Shown here: one piece after another, positions 11,206 to 24,638 of the stretch
Layout of the letters: every line of letters begins with the position of its first letter
Position numbering within the stretch: the first letter of the stretch is position 1
Source of the DNA: Isurus oxyrinchus
Lineage: Eukaryota
Assembly (NCBI GenBank): GCA_026770705.1
Contig: JANJGN010000052.1
Location: forward strand, 186,001 to 250,000
Reading direction: 5' to 3'
DNA length: 64,000 nucleotides
Translations under genes and position numbers: made by a program
Notes under the pieces: model-generated
What the model saw: only the letters and a program-made list of their open reading frames with translations
What the model was told of the DNA's origin: nothing
The model's database searches: none

Positions 11206-11395
11206 TGGAGTGTGATAGAGATTAAATTATAAAGAGAGAGAGAAAGCGAGAGAGAAAGAGAGACAGAGAAAGAGAGGGAAAAAAAGGCTTAAACCCACTG
11301 AGACACGACTGACACTAACGAGGCTGCACAATAATTTAACCCTATCAGTGCCAATAAATGATGTGAGGATGTCTTCTGTTTCCATTTCTCTGTAG

Positions 11396-11644
11396 GATGA
11401 ACAGAACGTGCTGATTACTGAGCCCCGGAACACAACCAGAGACACAACTAGTGAGGGGGAGACCCCAGCTCCCCGGGGTCTCTCCGCAGGTCCAGTGGGA
11501 GGCGATGTTGGACATGGGAACCCCGACAATACCGACGAGCTTCTCTACGCCAACATCAACTTTTCAAAGCTGCCCAGCGGTGACAGGACTGTGCACAGGA
11601 GCGAGGAAACGGAATATGCACAGATCAGGTTCCAGAAAAACTGA
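11396..11644 (+). CDS. Gene A last exon with ITIM (LLYANI) and ITSM-like (TEYAQI) motifs
   Basis: Polypyrimidine tract + tgtag acceptor, phase 0; DEQNVLITE..DELLYANINF..ETEYAQIRFQKN*. Confidence 0.9.
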   Translation, partial: DEQNVLITEPRNTTRDTTSEGETPAPRGLSAGPVGGDVGHGNPDNTDELLYANINFSKLPSGDRTVHRSEETEYAQIRFQKN

Positions 11645-11832
11645 GTGTGAAACAGGGAGCGGGGCTGTGGGGTGTGTGCAGCCAACATGGCCAAATAGTA
11701 ATGAACACAAATATGATGTTGCTCAACTTTTTTTATTGGCTCTGAGTGAGCTTTCTGAATGCTGCACCTTTTTCCATGCTGTAAAAGATTGTGAGAAGCT
11801 TATGGGTTATGTATAATTTTACATCTGTTAAT

Positions 11833-13890
11833 ACAAGGTGAGGTGAGAGTGACTGCCCGTAACATTAAGGCTGCATTTGACCGAGTGTGGCCTCTAGGAG
11901 CCCGAGCATAACTGCAATCAATGAGAATCAGGGGTGGTACGAAAGTATAATAATTTGCATACTATTCTCCTGGTTTGTTGTAAACTAGGTTTATGGGTGT
12001 GAGTGTAGATGGGTCTGTCTGTGTGTCTTAATTACATCTGGAGTCAGGTAGACTTCAAGCTTGAGATTATCAAAAGAAGCTAGATGTAGAAATGTACTTG
12101 AAATGCTAATGAGAACACATGGAGGCTGTGTTAACATGTAAGGTGTGAAGGGGCTGTTTAGATTTCAAAGGGATGTCGGTCTGTTTAGGACAAGCCCAAT
12201 AAGCAAAGCTAAGGAGTTTTTTTTTAAATTTTACCCAAACTTCATTGACAATATTGGCAACATGAAAGTTTATATTATGGGAAAGGTACAGTTCCAAAGA
12301 ATTTACACATCAAAGAGAGAGAAACATGTATAAAGGAGAATGAAAGGCTATGTTGGGGGCCATGTAAGATCTAACAGGAGTGTGTGAAACAGGCTTGAAG
12401 AAGCCTCCAGGCATTTGTGCATAAGTCTGTTATGTTCAGTAAATAAAGTTGGAGAAACCCGTTTAGAATTCCAGTGTCAAGTGTGTGCTGTGTTAACTCG
12501 CTGGGTTTGTTTTTAATCTAAAATCTTATTTTGGACTGTTGCCTTAAACAGGCTCTGTAACTGGGAGTCAGGTTAATTAGGAATTTGAGAATATATTTTA
12601 GCTGTAACTAACTGTGGCATTATGTATGTGCTTGAAATCTTTTATTTTGTTAATAAATATCTTAATTGAATTTTTAAAATCACTAAAGGTTGTAGTCAAC
12701 TCATTACTCCGGAATTCAGTGCACGCATCTTGTATTAAATACAAATTGCAAAACTATTGTGATAGCATGACCAATTTTCCCTTGTGGATTTGGAGCACCA
12801 AGCACACATCATCTGCCATGTCATGTCACAGGGAAAACTCTCCACTCGTTGGATTCATACCAAGTACAAAGGAAGGTGGTTGTGGTTGTTGGAGGTCAGT
12901 CATCTCAGTTCCAGGACATCACTGCAGGAGTTGCTCAGTGTAGTGTCCTAGGCCCAACCATCTTCAGCTGCTTCATCAATGACATTCATTCTATCAGATG
13001 GTCAGAATTATGGATGGTCGCTGATGATTGCACAATGTTCAACATCATTCATGACTCATCAGATGCTGAAGCAGTCCATGTCCAAATGCAGCAAGACCTG
13101 GACAATATCCAGGCTTGGCCTGACAAGTGGCAAGTAACATTCATGCCACACAAGTGCCAGGCAATGACCATCTCCAACCACAGAGAATATATCCATCTCC
13201 CCTTAATGTCCAATAGCATCACCATTGCTGAATCCCCCACTATCAACACTCTGGGGGTTACCATTGACTAGAAACTGAACTGGACTAGCCATATAAAAAC
13301 TGTGACTATAAGAGCAGGGCAGAGCCTGGGAATCCTGTGGTGAGTAACTCGCCTCCTGACTCCCCAAAGCCTGTCCACCAACCTCAAGGCACAGGTCAGG
13401 AGTGTGATGGAATACTCTCCACCTGCCTAGGTGAGTGCAGCTCTAACAACACTCAAGAAGCTCGACATCGTCCAGGACAAAGCAGCCCCGCTTGATTTGC
13501 ACCCCATCCACAAACATTCTCTCCCTCCACAACTAACGTATAGTGGCAGCAGGGTGTGTACCTTCTACAAGATGCAACGCAGGGAGTCATCAAGCCTCCT
13601 TAGACAGCACCTTCCAAACACATGATCACTACCATCTCGAAGGACAAGGGCAGCAGACACATGGGAACACCATCACCTGGAAGTTCCCCTCGAAGTCACT
13701 CACCATCCTGACTTGGAAATATATCACCGTTCCTTCACTGTCGCTGGGTCAGAATCCTGCAACACCCTCCCAAACAGTTCTGTGGGTGTACATACACCAC
13801 AGGGACTGCAGCAGCTCAAGAAGTCAAGGAATATTAGGGATGGGCAATAAATTCTGGCCTAGCCAGTGACAGTGAATGAATACAAAAAAG
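11833..13890 (+). mobile_element. 5'-truncated CR1-clade LINE (degraded RT), interrupted by a solo LTR
   Basis: GGQSS..ITAGVAQCSVLGPTIFSCFIND..ADDC..QQDLDNIQAW..WQVTF..KCQAMTI; LINE sequence resumes across 11935-12830. Confidence 0.85.
11935..12830 (+). mobile_element. Solo LTR nested in LINE
   Basis: TG...CA ends, flanks GGGG/GGGA, internal AATAAA; homologous to the reverse complement of 57300-58224. Confidence 0.7.
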
Positions 13891-14319
13891 AAGCAATTAA
13901 AATGCCCTGACATGTCTGTACATTTTTATCAAATTAAATACGTACTCTAGTGAATAATTCCATTCTCCAAGGCACCACTTCCTGTTGTCACACGCCCTTC
14001 TGATTATTTAAATTCCTGTGTCATTGGTAATGGAACATTCCCATGTAAACATGTCACACTGTAATTACAGCCTCCTACCAGTGGTGGTGCTCTAGTGTCC
14101 TACCTTTGCTTCTCAGAGACTGGAGGAGCTGTATACTTTGTGTTTACAATATTAGTAACACTCAGGAGTGACCAAGGAGATTCTTTTGGCCAAGTTTACG
14201 ATGTTGCTAAGATACAATGGCCCCGTGGGATTTTTCCTACTGCGTTTACAAGGTTGAATTGAAGAGATTTTTGAAGTGTCTGGCACAGTTTTATTAAGAT
14301 CCCCTCACAACCAATCTGG

Positions 14320-14840
14320 AGTCACTGGGTTCAGTCCAGAACACCGCACCTCAGGGAGGATATATTGTCCTTGGAGGGGCTGCTGTGCAGAGTCACCAGA
14401 ACGATCCCGAGTCTGAAAGGGTTAAATCCCGAGGACAGGTTGCACAGACCAGGCTTGTGTTCCCTCGAGTCTCGAAGATTAAGGAGTGATCTAATCGAGG
14501 AGTTTAAGATGATTAAAGGATTCGATGGGGTCGATAGAGAGAAACTATTTCCCATGGTGATGGGGGTGAGGTGAGGGGGGGTCCAGAACAAGGGGGCAGA
14601 ACATTAACATTGGAGCCAGGCCGTTCAGGGGGTGATGTCAGGAAGCACTTCTTCACACAAAGTGGGGGTGGAAATCTGGAACTCTCTCCCCCAGAAAAAG
14701 TTGTCGAGACTGGGAGGGGTCAATTGTAAATTTCAAAACTGAGATTGGGAGATTGTTGTTGGGTCGGGGGTTAAGGGTCACGGAACCGAGGCGGGTGGAT
14801 GGGGTTAAGATACAGATCGGACGTGATCCAATCAAATGTT
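14320..14840 (+). mobile_element. CR1 LINE 3' fragment
   Basis: RLRSDLIEEFKMIKGFDGVDREKLFP; CR1-type 3' end. Confidence 0.8.
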
Positions 14841-15538
14841 AGGACGGTGAGTCTCAGGGAGGCTGGCCCAACCCCAGACGCAGCCGTCTCTGTGACCTGC
14901 TTCAACCCTGTGAGTCAGCAATGACAACATGAGTTGATGTTAGCCTGATATGTAGTGCATGGAGGGATATTACTCTCCAGGGTGTGTGTGCATCACAGTG
15001 CTCATTCACATGTGTTCCATGTGCACCTACATCAGCTGTGTAGACATACAAACCTCAATGCTGCATCCGGGGAATGTACCATGTCTCACACCTTAGCTGC
15101 AGCACGACCCTTCCCTTGGAGCTCTGTGTGCTCGAGACATATTTTGTTATTTTTTCCTGCCGTCTCTGTGTCCCCCGACCCGGGAGTGAAAATCCGGCCT
15201 TATCTTCCACTTTCTAGTGTCTGAGACAAGAGGCAATGAGTGAGTGGGCTGACGGTCAGGATTAATGCTGTTAATCTGTGTTTGAGGGGCTGTGAATTCT
15301 CGGGGGACTAGTTACTCTCTGAGCAGCAGCTTCCAAATCCTTATTTGATGCCGTGCATGTGGGGTTGGAAGATTCTTTTTAAAACCACAGGCAGTTCACA
15401 GAAACCCACAGGAAACCCACAGAGAGACAGTCACTGAGAAAGTCACTCACTCCTTGTGGTTTCACCTTTTAACCACATCCTGTCTGTGTGGCTTAAATGT
15501 TAAACACAGTGGCCAGACTCAAGGAGGTTTCACTCTGT

Positions 15539-15780
15539 NNNNNNNNNNNNNNNNNNNNNNNNNNNNNNNNNNNNNNNNNNNNNNNNNNNNNNNNNNNNNN
15601 NNNNNNNNNNNNNNNNNNNNNNNNNNNNNNNNNNNNNNNNNNNNNNNNNNNNNNNNNNNNNNNNNNNNNNNNNNNNNNNNNNNNNNNNNNNNNNNNNNNN
15701 NNNNNNNNNNNNNNNNNNNNNNNNNNNNNNNNNNNNNNNNNNNNNNNNNNNNNNNNNNNNNNNNNNNNNNNNNNNNNNNN
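15539..15780. other. Assembly gap (N run)
   Basis: 242 N. Confidence 1.
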
Positions 15781-15904
15781 CAGACAGACACAATCACACT
15801 CACATTCACACACACACACACACATTCACTCACACACTCACTCACACACACAAACACACACACAAAGACAATATCCCAACGACAACAAACTGCGATTAAG
15901 AGCT

Positions 15905-18110
15905 TCCTACAACTTAACTAACAGACCAAAGACGTATTGAACTGTCTAAAAGTGATCTGTTTTTCAAAGAAATACAAGATTGTACACAGATCAAAAATGG
16001 CTGACACAAGTCACCTGATTGCTGATACTGTGAAGTTGATCACTTCTCTGGAAAGGTTAAATGAATTGCACTGCAGACCTGTTGCATGGAAGTTCACACC
16101 TGGGGTGTGTCAGGGTTCACTTCAAACAGGGACAATCTTAAAAGGAAGGCATTAAAATGTAAAGTGCTGGACTTTGATCAGCTGTAGTTCAATCAAAACA
16201 GTGGGAACTGCTCACCAAGCGGATAATCATCAGCCATTCAAAACCCCCTGTGGAGGATACAATACCCCCATCTCCTGTTGATTTATATCTTGAAATGCAT
16301 CAAAGGTTTCAGAGATGCAAAGATAAAAAAATGGGAATATTTGGTCTATAACAATGAATGTAAAACATGCTGATTGAATTGACTTCAGGGATATACAGAC
16401 AGGAGTTTAACAAATGGTTCTGCCAAGCAGATTTCAGAGAAAGGAGGGGAAAAAGAAATATGGCAGTCTTCCACAAACACTGCTGGAAAAGAGCAGAAAT
16501 GATTTCTCCCACTCTCTCTCTCTCTGTCTGAAGCTAACAGAGTGTCTTCAACAATGTGCAAGTCTGAGCCAGATAAAATACAGGAATCTACAGAAAACCA
16601 ACTAATTTAAAACAGCTTCAAACTTCACAGCCTATGCTGCAGTACATGCAAACGACTCTTTTAATTTTTTATTGGACTCTATAATTNNNNNNNNNNNNNN
16701 NNNNNNNNNNNNNNNNNNNNNNNNNNNNNNNNNNNNNNNNNNNNNNNNNNNNNNNNNNNNNNNNNNNNNNNNNNNNNNNNNNNNNNNNNNNNNNNNNNNN
16801 NNNNNNNNNNNNNNNNNNNNNNNNNNNNNNNNNNNNNNNNNNNNNNNNNNNNNNNNNNNNNNNNNNNNNNNNNNNNNNNNNNNNNNNNNNNNNNNNNNNN
16901 NNNNNNNNNNNNNNNNNNNNNNNNNNNNNNNNNNNNNNNNNNNNNNNNNNNNNNNNNNNNNNNNNNNNNNNNNNNNNNNNNNNGTCTGTGCGTTAGTGTG
17001 TGTGTTTTGTCCCATTTTAATTATTTTTCCTCCAGTTAGGTAACTAATAAACTTACTCTTTCTTTGACTCCACCAAACATGGTTTAATTGGTTCATTCTT
17101 AACAATCAAAGAGACTTGTTTTGGAAATTGTATTTGGGGGAAAATATATTTTAAACCCTTTTTTTCAACCAACCATAATTACCTCTTAAATATCTTAATC
17201 TCATTACTACTGAATTCAAAGCCCACATCTCAAAACATACAAGTTGGAAATTAGTTGTGACAGTTGTTTCAAGTTTCCCTCCAGGATTTGAACAGCTCAG
17301 CATTTACCATCTGTTATGTCATAACAGAGCTTCCTTTAACTGAAACAACGTGCCAAAAATGTATTGAACTGTTTAAAGGAGACCTGTTTTTCAAAAGTAC
17401 TAGATTAGGCACTGATCAAAAATGGCTGTCACGAGTCACCTGATTGCTGATACTGCAAACTTGAACACTTCTCTGGAAAGCTTCAAATGAATTGCACTAC
17501 AGACATGTTGCATGAAAGTTCTCACTGAGGTGTGTCAGGGTCCACTTGAAAGAGGGGCTCCATTAAAAATGCAAAGCGCTGGACTCTGATCACTGTAGGT
17601 CTATCAAGGTAATGGGAACTGCTCACCATGCAGATATTCATCAATCATTCAAAACCCCTTGTGGAGGATGAAATGCCTCCATCTCCTGTTGATTTATATC
17701 TTGAAATGCATCAAATGTTTCAGAGATGCAAAAGTCAAAAAAGGGATTACTTGGTCTGCGACAATGAATGCAAGACATGCTGATCGAATTCCCTTTGGGA
17801 ATATACAGACAGGAGTTTAACAACAGGTTCTGTCAAGCAGATATAAGAGAAAGTAGGAGGAAAAAGAAAGATGGCAGTCACCCAAAAACACTGCTGGAAA
17901 AGAACAGAAATTCTCTCTCTCTCTCTCTCTTTCTGAAGCTAACAGAGCATCTCCAACAAAGTGCAAATCTGAATCAGATCACTACAAGGATGCCACAGGA
18001 AACCAATTAACCTTGAACAGCTGCAAATGTCAAAAATCTACGCCTCAAAGACAAGCAATTGTATTAATCATATATTCCTTTAAATTTTTATTGGACTCTA
18101 ACTTTTTAAT
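15905..18110. repeat. Two diverged ~780-bp direct repeats (about 15905-16686 and 17330-18110), LTR-like
   Basis: Colinear similarity (gatcaaaaatggctg..cacctgattgctgatactg..gatttatatcttgaaatgcatcaaa..ttattggactcta). Confidence 0.7.
16687..16983. other. Assembly gap (N run)
   Basis: 297 N. Confidence 1.
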
Positions 18111-18464
18111 TATGACTTGTGTGTCTGTGTGTGTATCTGTCTGTCTGCTTGTGTGAGTAGGTGTGTATCTGTGTGTGTGTGTCTGGGTGAACATGTGTGA
18201 GTGAGTGTGTGTCTGTCTATGTACACTTGTGAGTGAGTGTGTGTGTGTGTGTACATGTGTGCATGTGGATTGTCGCATCTTTATTATTAACGTTATTTAA
18301 AAATAGTGATCACACAAACCTGGCTTCTAAGGAGATGAAACTGCAAACAATTTACAGTAAAGTGAAATGTACAGGAATAATCTATTTATTTTGAGTTGAT
18401 GATATATAATTATACATGAGGCATGTTGCTAATTTCAAACATCATCTGAAATATGGCAGGTCTG

Positions 18465-18860
18465 ACAGAGCAGCATTCCCTCAGTGTCCACCCTCTGACA
18501 GTGCAGCACTCCCTCAGCATTGACCATTTGAGAGTGCAGCACTCCTTCAGTATTGACCCTCTGAGAGTGCAGCACTCCCTCAGCACTGACCCTCTGGAAG
18601 TGCAGCACTCCCTCAGTGCTAACCCTCCAACAGTGCAGCACTCCCTCAATACTGACCCTCTGACAGTGCAGCACTCCCTAAGTACTGACCCTCTGACAGT
18701 TCAGCACTGCCTCAGTACTGACCCTTTGATAGAGCAGGGTCTCCCTCAGTACTGACCTCCTGACAGTGCAGCACTCCCTCAGTACTGACCCTCTGACAGT
18801 GCAGCACTCCCTCAATATTGACCCTCCAACAGTGCAGCACTCCCTCAGCACTCCCTCACT
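18465..18860 (+). repeat. 33-bp minisatellite array
   Basis: Tandem CAGTGCAGCACTCCCTCAGTACTGACCCT units. Confidence 0.9.
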
Positions 18861-18924
18861 GGGGAGAGTCCTTCTGGGTTTTGAGCTGAAACCTTGAGAC
18901 GGTTTGAAAACCCCAACCTGCTGT

Positions 18925-19405
18925 CTTGGAGAGAGAGAGAGAGAGAGAGTGCGTGCGTGTGTGAGAAAGAGAGACAATGTGTGTGTGAGAGAGTGACAGT
19001 GCGTATGTGTGCGAGAGAGAAGGATAGAGAGAAAGAGAAAATGTGTGAGAGAGCGAAAGAGAGGTAGAGTGTGTGTGCATGAGAGAGTGAGGTAGCTGAA
19101 TTGTGTGAGAGAGAGAGTGTGTGTGAGAGAAAGGGAATGTCTGTGATAGAGAGAGAGCTTATGTGTGAGAGAGAAAGAAAGAGAGAGAATCTGTGTGTGT
19201 TAGATAGTGTGTGTGTGAAAGAGAGAGTGTGTATGTGAGAGAGCGTGTGCGTGAGAGCGTGTGTGTGTGTGTTTGAGAGAGAGGGTGTATGTGTTTGAGA
19301 GAAGGAGTGTGCGAGAGAGGGTGTGTGTATTTGAGAGGGAGTGTGTGTGTTTAAAAGAATGAACAAGAGAAAATGTGTGTACGTATGTGTGTGTGTCTGC
19401 ATGTG
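18925..19405. repeat. (GA/GT)n compound microsatellite
   Basis: Direct inspection. Confidence 0.9.
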
Positions 19406-19884
19406 CATTCTGACTGAGCCGAGTTTACAGTTTCACACGTTGCTAGGGACCACTTTTCCGCCTCTCTGTCAGACTGCGTGTATCTGACAGCAGGTCAGGC
19501 AGGAATAGTCCAGAATGCGCTGTGGTTTTGTAGCATTGAAACAATGACATGAACTAAATGAGTGCTGCACCAAATAAAGACATGGAGTGACCACACCAAA
19601 AAACCACGTGACTTCCCCAGTTTCACATCTCCCTCAAACACAGAAAAACTGGGTTAACACTGACCCTCCTCCCAGAGCTAGTTCACCTCGTGTCCGATGC
19701 AGTCAGGAGAGGAAGATCATCTCTCCTCCGATCCTGGTAAACTGAACATTTCCAGAATTAGATCAGCTCCCTGAAGTGTCTCCAGTTAGACATTCATCTG
19801 ACAGGATTGACTCTACAACCCTGGGGACTCATTCTCCTGTAAGTAAAACACTTGCTGCTCCTGTCAAATCTCTTCTGTACAGCA

Positions 19885-20160
19885 TGGTCTCTGGATGTCC
19901 CAGAACACTTTACAGTTGAGTTCACCCTTTTTTCGAAGTGTGGTTACTGTTGTAATGTAGGAAACGCAGCAGCCAATTAGCGCACAGCAAGCTCCCACAA
20001 ACAGCAATGTGATCATCTGTTTTTGGTGATGTTGGTTGAGGGATAAATATTGGTGCCAGGACACCGGGGAGATCTCCCCCCTGCTCTTCCTCCAAATAGT
20101 GGCTGTGGGATCTTTCACACCCGCCCGAGAGGGCAGACGGGGGTCTCGGTTTACTGTCTA
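19885..20160 (-). mobile_element. DeuSINE-type (SacSINE1-like) SINE fragment
   Basis: Reverse strand reads aaaccgagaccccgtctgccctctc..aaagatcccacagccactatttg..ggtgtcctgg..atatttatccctcaaccaacatc..acattacaacagt, matching my recollection of the Deu-domain; not database-checked. Confidence 0.65.
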
Positions 20161-20927
20161 ATATTGGACTAATCTCCAGGCGAGGTTGGCTGGATGGATT
20201 ATTGACAAGGTCCATTCACCCTGTAAAGAGTTTCTCTGGTTTGAAATACCCAATCAAACATCGAGTTCTGTCTCTAAACCTTGTGTTGAAAAGACACCTT
20301 TCCAGCTCTTCACCTGCCATTAGCTTGTTGAGTCTTCACATGCTCCGTCTGTCCGTGACCAACCCCTCTTAGCTCATCCTTTCCTTGTCGTACATCGAGC
20401 TGTTCATCCTGACGGGTTCCATCCTTCCCAGTAACACTCCAACTCCGACATCAAACTAACTCCCAACACGTTGATGAATTGTATGGATTCCAGCGTCAGT
20501 TGGTTCTGTCTGAGGCTGTTTCTCTGATCGGGGACCGAGCTGTTCTGAACGGACATTGTGTTCAGCAGTTCTTATTGCAGATCAGGCTGTTCAACCAATG
20601 CTGCTGTTCACTGAGGTGACTCCGATTCTACATTCACACATTAATGATCTCATGTCCAGCAGCAAACATCTGAATGAAGCCAGGTTCAAGAAAAAACCCA
20701 GCTGCTTGATCCGACAGTTATCTGTTCAGGCATGGCCCCTTGTTCCAAATAACAAACATTATTTAAAAATAGTCATCACATGAGCCTGGTTAACAAGGAA
20801 ATGAAACCATGAACAATTTGCAGTAAAGTGAAACATACAGGACTAATCTATTTATATTGAGCTGATGATATAGTATGTTACACGAGGCATGTTGCTAATT
20901 TCAAGCATCATCCGAAGTATGGCAGTT

Positions 20928-21152
20928 CTGACAGTGCAGCACTCCCTCAGTACTGACCCTCTGACAGTGCAGCACTCCCTCAGTACTGACCCTCTGACAG
21001 TGCAGCACTCCCTCAGTACTGACCCTCTGACAGTGCAGCACTTCCTCAGTACTGACCCTTTGACAGTGCAGCACTCCCTCAGTACTGACCCACTGACAGT
21101 GCAGCAGTCCCCCAGTACTGACCCACTGTCAGTGCAGCACTCCCTTGGTACT
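20928..21152 (+). repeat. 33-bp minisatellite array
   Basis: About 7 units. Confidence 0.92.
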
Positions 21153-21244
21153 GAATCCAGAGATACAAGGAAGAGACTGAAGAGCTGACGATTCAGCTGA
21201 ATTAAAAAACAGAGGCAGTTACAGAATCACAACAAGTTTACAGA

Positions 21245-21430
21245 GCAGAAGGAGGCATTCAGCCCCTTGAGCCTGTTACACAGGAACAGGAGAAACCATT
21301 CAGCCCCCTCGAACCTGTTACACAGGAACAGGAGGAGGCCATTCAGCCCCCTTGAGCCTGTTACACAGGAACAGGAGGAGGCCCATTCAGCCCCTCGAGC
21401 CTCTTACACAGGAACAGGAAGAGGCAATTC
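21245..21430. repeat. ~41-bp tandem repeat (aggaacaggaggaggccattcagcccctcgagcctgttacac)
   Basis: About 4 units; same family as 32945-33610. Confidence 0.85.
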
Positions 21431-21509
21431 AACTACATTCTTGACACCAAAGGATTTACCAGTTTGCTTACAGTGGAAGACAAAGAGTTGGTTTCTCAAA
21501 TTCACACAA

Positions 21510-21651
21510 ACCAACTCACATTTTGACTCACAGAGACACATTCACCCTTTCTAATTAAACACACAGAGGGAGCAGCACAGGAAGAGGTCATTCAGCCCAA
21601 GCAGAGCGTGTGGGCAGTCCCTCCCCAGGCGAGCAGTCGGACAGGTCCTGG
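21510..21651 (+). promoter_or_regulatory. Gene B putative promoter / non-coding exon 1
   Basis: Module conserved in 5 copies ending in GTCCTGG|gtaa(g/c)t; TGACTCA (AP-1) present; donor here is GTAACT. Confidence 0.5.
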
Positions 21652-22084
21652 GTAACTAACGGAACGATTGGAATTCACTTCCACGACCAACACCGTCCTT
21701 TGTTGATGTTCTGACTTTATAAAGAGAGATTCCAATGATTGATGCCTTTGAAAGATTTCTACTGATTATTGAGATCTGGGTGTGAGGCTCAAGTCTATTG
21801 TACAGAACATCTTTCTAGCTCAAGGGATGAGGAAAATGGGATGCCCTGAGCTGGTGAAAGGTGCTATAGAAATGCAAGCCCTTCATTGTTTTTCATTCTT
21901 AAAGCCTTTTAACTCTCTGCAGAACACCTATCATCCCACAGGGAATCAAATTAGTCTTTGAAGACATTGTCTAAAAGGAGTTCTGATCACTCGAGATCTG
22001 TTGGTCAAGAGGTGAGGTCTCATTAACTCCTTTCTCTTTCAGAGTTTGAGAGTGAGAAGTGGATGGAATATCTGGGAGTGGACA

Positions 22085-22124
22085 ATGATCGGGAAATCTT
22101 ACTTCCTCCTGTCACTTCTCCAAG
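22085..22124 (+). CDS. Gene B signal-peptide exon (MIGKSYFLLSLLQ)
   Basis: ATG..CAAG|gtaata, phase 1, in frame with V exon; acceptor at 22042/22043. Confidence 0.85.
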
Positions 22125-23302
22125 GTAATATCATCATCAGATTTAATGTTAATAGTCTCTGTAAAAGATCATTCTTATTGAGCTGTGATTGGGAACCGAT
22201 TCAGCAGTGACCCTGTGCACAAACTCAGACCAAGTCCCATTCACCCATCACCCCTGTGCTCACTGATATACACTGACTCCCTGTCTGACAGCAGAATTGG
22301 AAGTGATCAGAGATCTCAGAGAGTTATAGGGACTGGAGGACGTTACAAAGTTCAGCAGAATTGTAGCAGCGAGAGCAGAATCTTAAACTTCAGGTGCTAT
22401 CGGACATTGGTCAGTGAGCGATGGGGAGTGATGGGTTGAGTAGAGAAGCAAAGATAAAAACTGGGGGATGAAGTCTATTCTGCTGCGAGGTCTACGATAG
22501 CAATGGTCTGAAATTTGTGTCCTTTGCTGCCTTTATTCAAAATTTCCCATGAAGACAACACAGCAGCTCCTAGAATAGACAGGCTGTTCAGTGTCACACT
22601 TCCTGTCCATTCTCACCTTGCTAGATACTTCAATAAGGGAGCAAGATAACTGAAAGAGAGAAGGAAGGTAAAGCTGTCCGTGTGTAAAACTGTCAAATAT
22701 TCTGAGATATCATGAGTGTCTCTGATCTGCTGCAGAGTTTAAATTTCACAGAATCTGAGCACTTTGCAGCTCAGAGAGAGACCATTGACTCACTGCCTGA
22801 AAGGGCGGTGGAAGCAGATTCAACAGGAACTTTCAGAAGGGGAACTGGATAAACACTTGAAGGGAAATTTGCAGGGATGTGCGAAAGGTGCTGGAGAGGA
22901 ATTGGGAAATAACCAGCACATGCACGATGGGTCAAATGAGCTCCTCCTGTGTTGTATCATTCAACAATCAGACAATTTAAGACCCTTGTCAGCAAATCTT
23001 CAGAATCCTGCTGAATCACAGATGTTTCAGAAGGACAGGGAACAAGAAGTTTCTGGTAGCAGCGTTTCATGTGGGGCCCAGTTCAGTTTGAACAAATAAA
23101 CAACACCATCTTTGAAAGTCATGAACCCACCACAGCGGCACTTCCAACACATGCAGAGCTCAGGCTAGAGGCACTTTGTTAGTGTGTTTCACAGTCTCTG
23201 CTGGAGTAGGGTCAGTGCTGAGCTTGGGGACAAGTCAGTCTACAATGCTGCATCGGAATCAACAATACAACAATATGGGGTTTGGATCAGAAATAATCCA
23301 TT

Positions 23303-23510
23303 AGACAATGAGGATCCATAGAGATTCCTTAGACAATGAGGATCCAAAGAGATTCCTTAGACAATGAGGATCCAAAGAGATTCCTCAGACAATGAGGATC
23401 CAAAGAGATTCCTTAGACAATGAGGGTCCAAAGTGATTCCTCAAACAATCAGGATCCAAAGAGATTCCTCAGACAATGAGGATCCAAAGAGATTCCTTAG
23501 ACAATGAAGA
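23303..23510. repeat. 28-bp tandem repeat (agacaatgaggatccaaagagattcctt)n
   Basis: About 7 units; paralogous array at 35098-35248. Confidence 0.92.
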
Positions 23511-24269
23511 TACAAAGTGCACCAATCAGATTGAATCAGATTAGCCAATCAGCTGTGTTGAAGAGCAGACAGGAATGTTAGGCTAATTAGTGATTCATGA
23601 CGGTGATAATGGGGGGAGTTCTGAGGGCTCCTAATGCATTGTCCTGTCTTGTAAATCAGCACTGAATGGATCTCAATGGGTGGGTCTTGTAGAGTCTGTG
23701 TTGGGTGGAAGACTGGCTTCACTAAGGGGAAGCGGCAGTAGAGAGGCATTGTCACTGGGCTAGTATTCCAGAGGCCCAGGGTGATGCTCTGGGGCCCTGG
23801 GTATGAATCCCATCACAGCAGATGAATCGGATTAAAAAGCCTGGTTCACTGATCCCCTTCTGGGAAGGAAATCTCCACCCTTACCCAGTCTGGCCTACAT
23901 GTCACTCCAAACCCACAGCAATACAATTGATTCTTAAATGCCTCTGATGGACATGGGATGGGTAATAAATGCTGGGCACATCCCATGAACGGATAATTTG
24001 AAAAACACATGACTTGGAGACACTGTGTTGGGTGGAAGACTGGTTTCACTAAACAGGGTCCTGAGGACCATGAGCCAATGTAGAATGAACTTGTCCACTC
24101 CTGTGTCCAGGATTCTCTTCCATCCATTGTGAAACCTTGGGGAGATCCCTGTGTGTCCTGTAGATGGTCCACACTGCAGCCACTGTGCCCCAGTGATGGA
24201 GGGGGTGGATATCGAGTCTAGTGGATCGAAAAAACATCCAGAGTTAAATATTGATATTTCTCTCCCCAG

Positions 24270-24638
24270 TTGGACTGTCACAAGAGTGGAAAGGTGACAC
24301 TCCACGAGAGGTGACAGCACAGGAAGATTCGTGTGTACAGATTCCATGTCATTACAGTTATCCATCACGTTTGGAAAGCCGACCACGAGTCGGAGTCTGG
24401 TTTAATAACGAGAAACAGATTCCCTGGGCTCCCATAGCCTTTCACTCCAAGGATCACAGTCACGAGTTACCACGGTTCCACCATCGGACCCGGCTGTCTG
24501 GAGACCTGAAAGATGGCGACTGTTCCCTGATTATAAACAACATCAGACGGGAAGATGCAGGACCTTATTTTTTCAGAATAGAATTTGACAATGGTCCGAG
24601 CCATAACTATTACCCTGTAACCCAGCTTCACGTTTCTG
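24270..24638 (+). CDS. Gene B Siglec-type V-set Ig exon
   Basis: 369 bp, phase 1-1; SCVQIPC, VW, RTRLSGDLKDGDCSLII, DAGPYFFRIE with the sialic-acid-binding Arg position intact. Confidence 0.93.

Noticed and set aside
10612-11232. ORFs of repeating TVQHSLSTDPL / RECCTVRGSVL (also at 18.4, 20.9, 25.5, 27.3, 35.3 and 50.5-51.8 kb)
   Set aside because: Translations of the 33-bp minisatellite; unit length divisible by 3 keeps frames open.
15454-17105. ORFs containing X runs
   Set aside because: Artefacts of assembly gaps.
23303-23510. 28-bp, 33-bp and 41-bp arrays as CRISPR-like repeats
   Set aside because: Head-to-tail repeats without unique spacers, vertebrate context, no cas genes.
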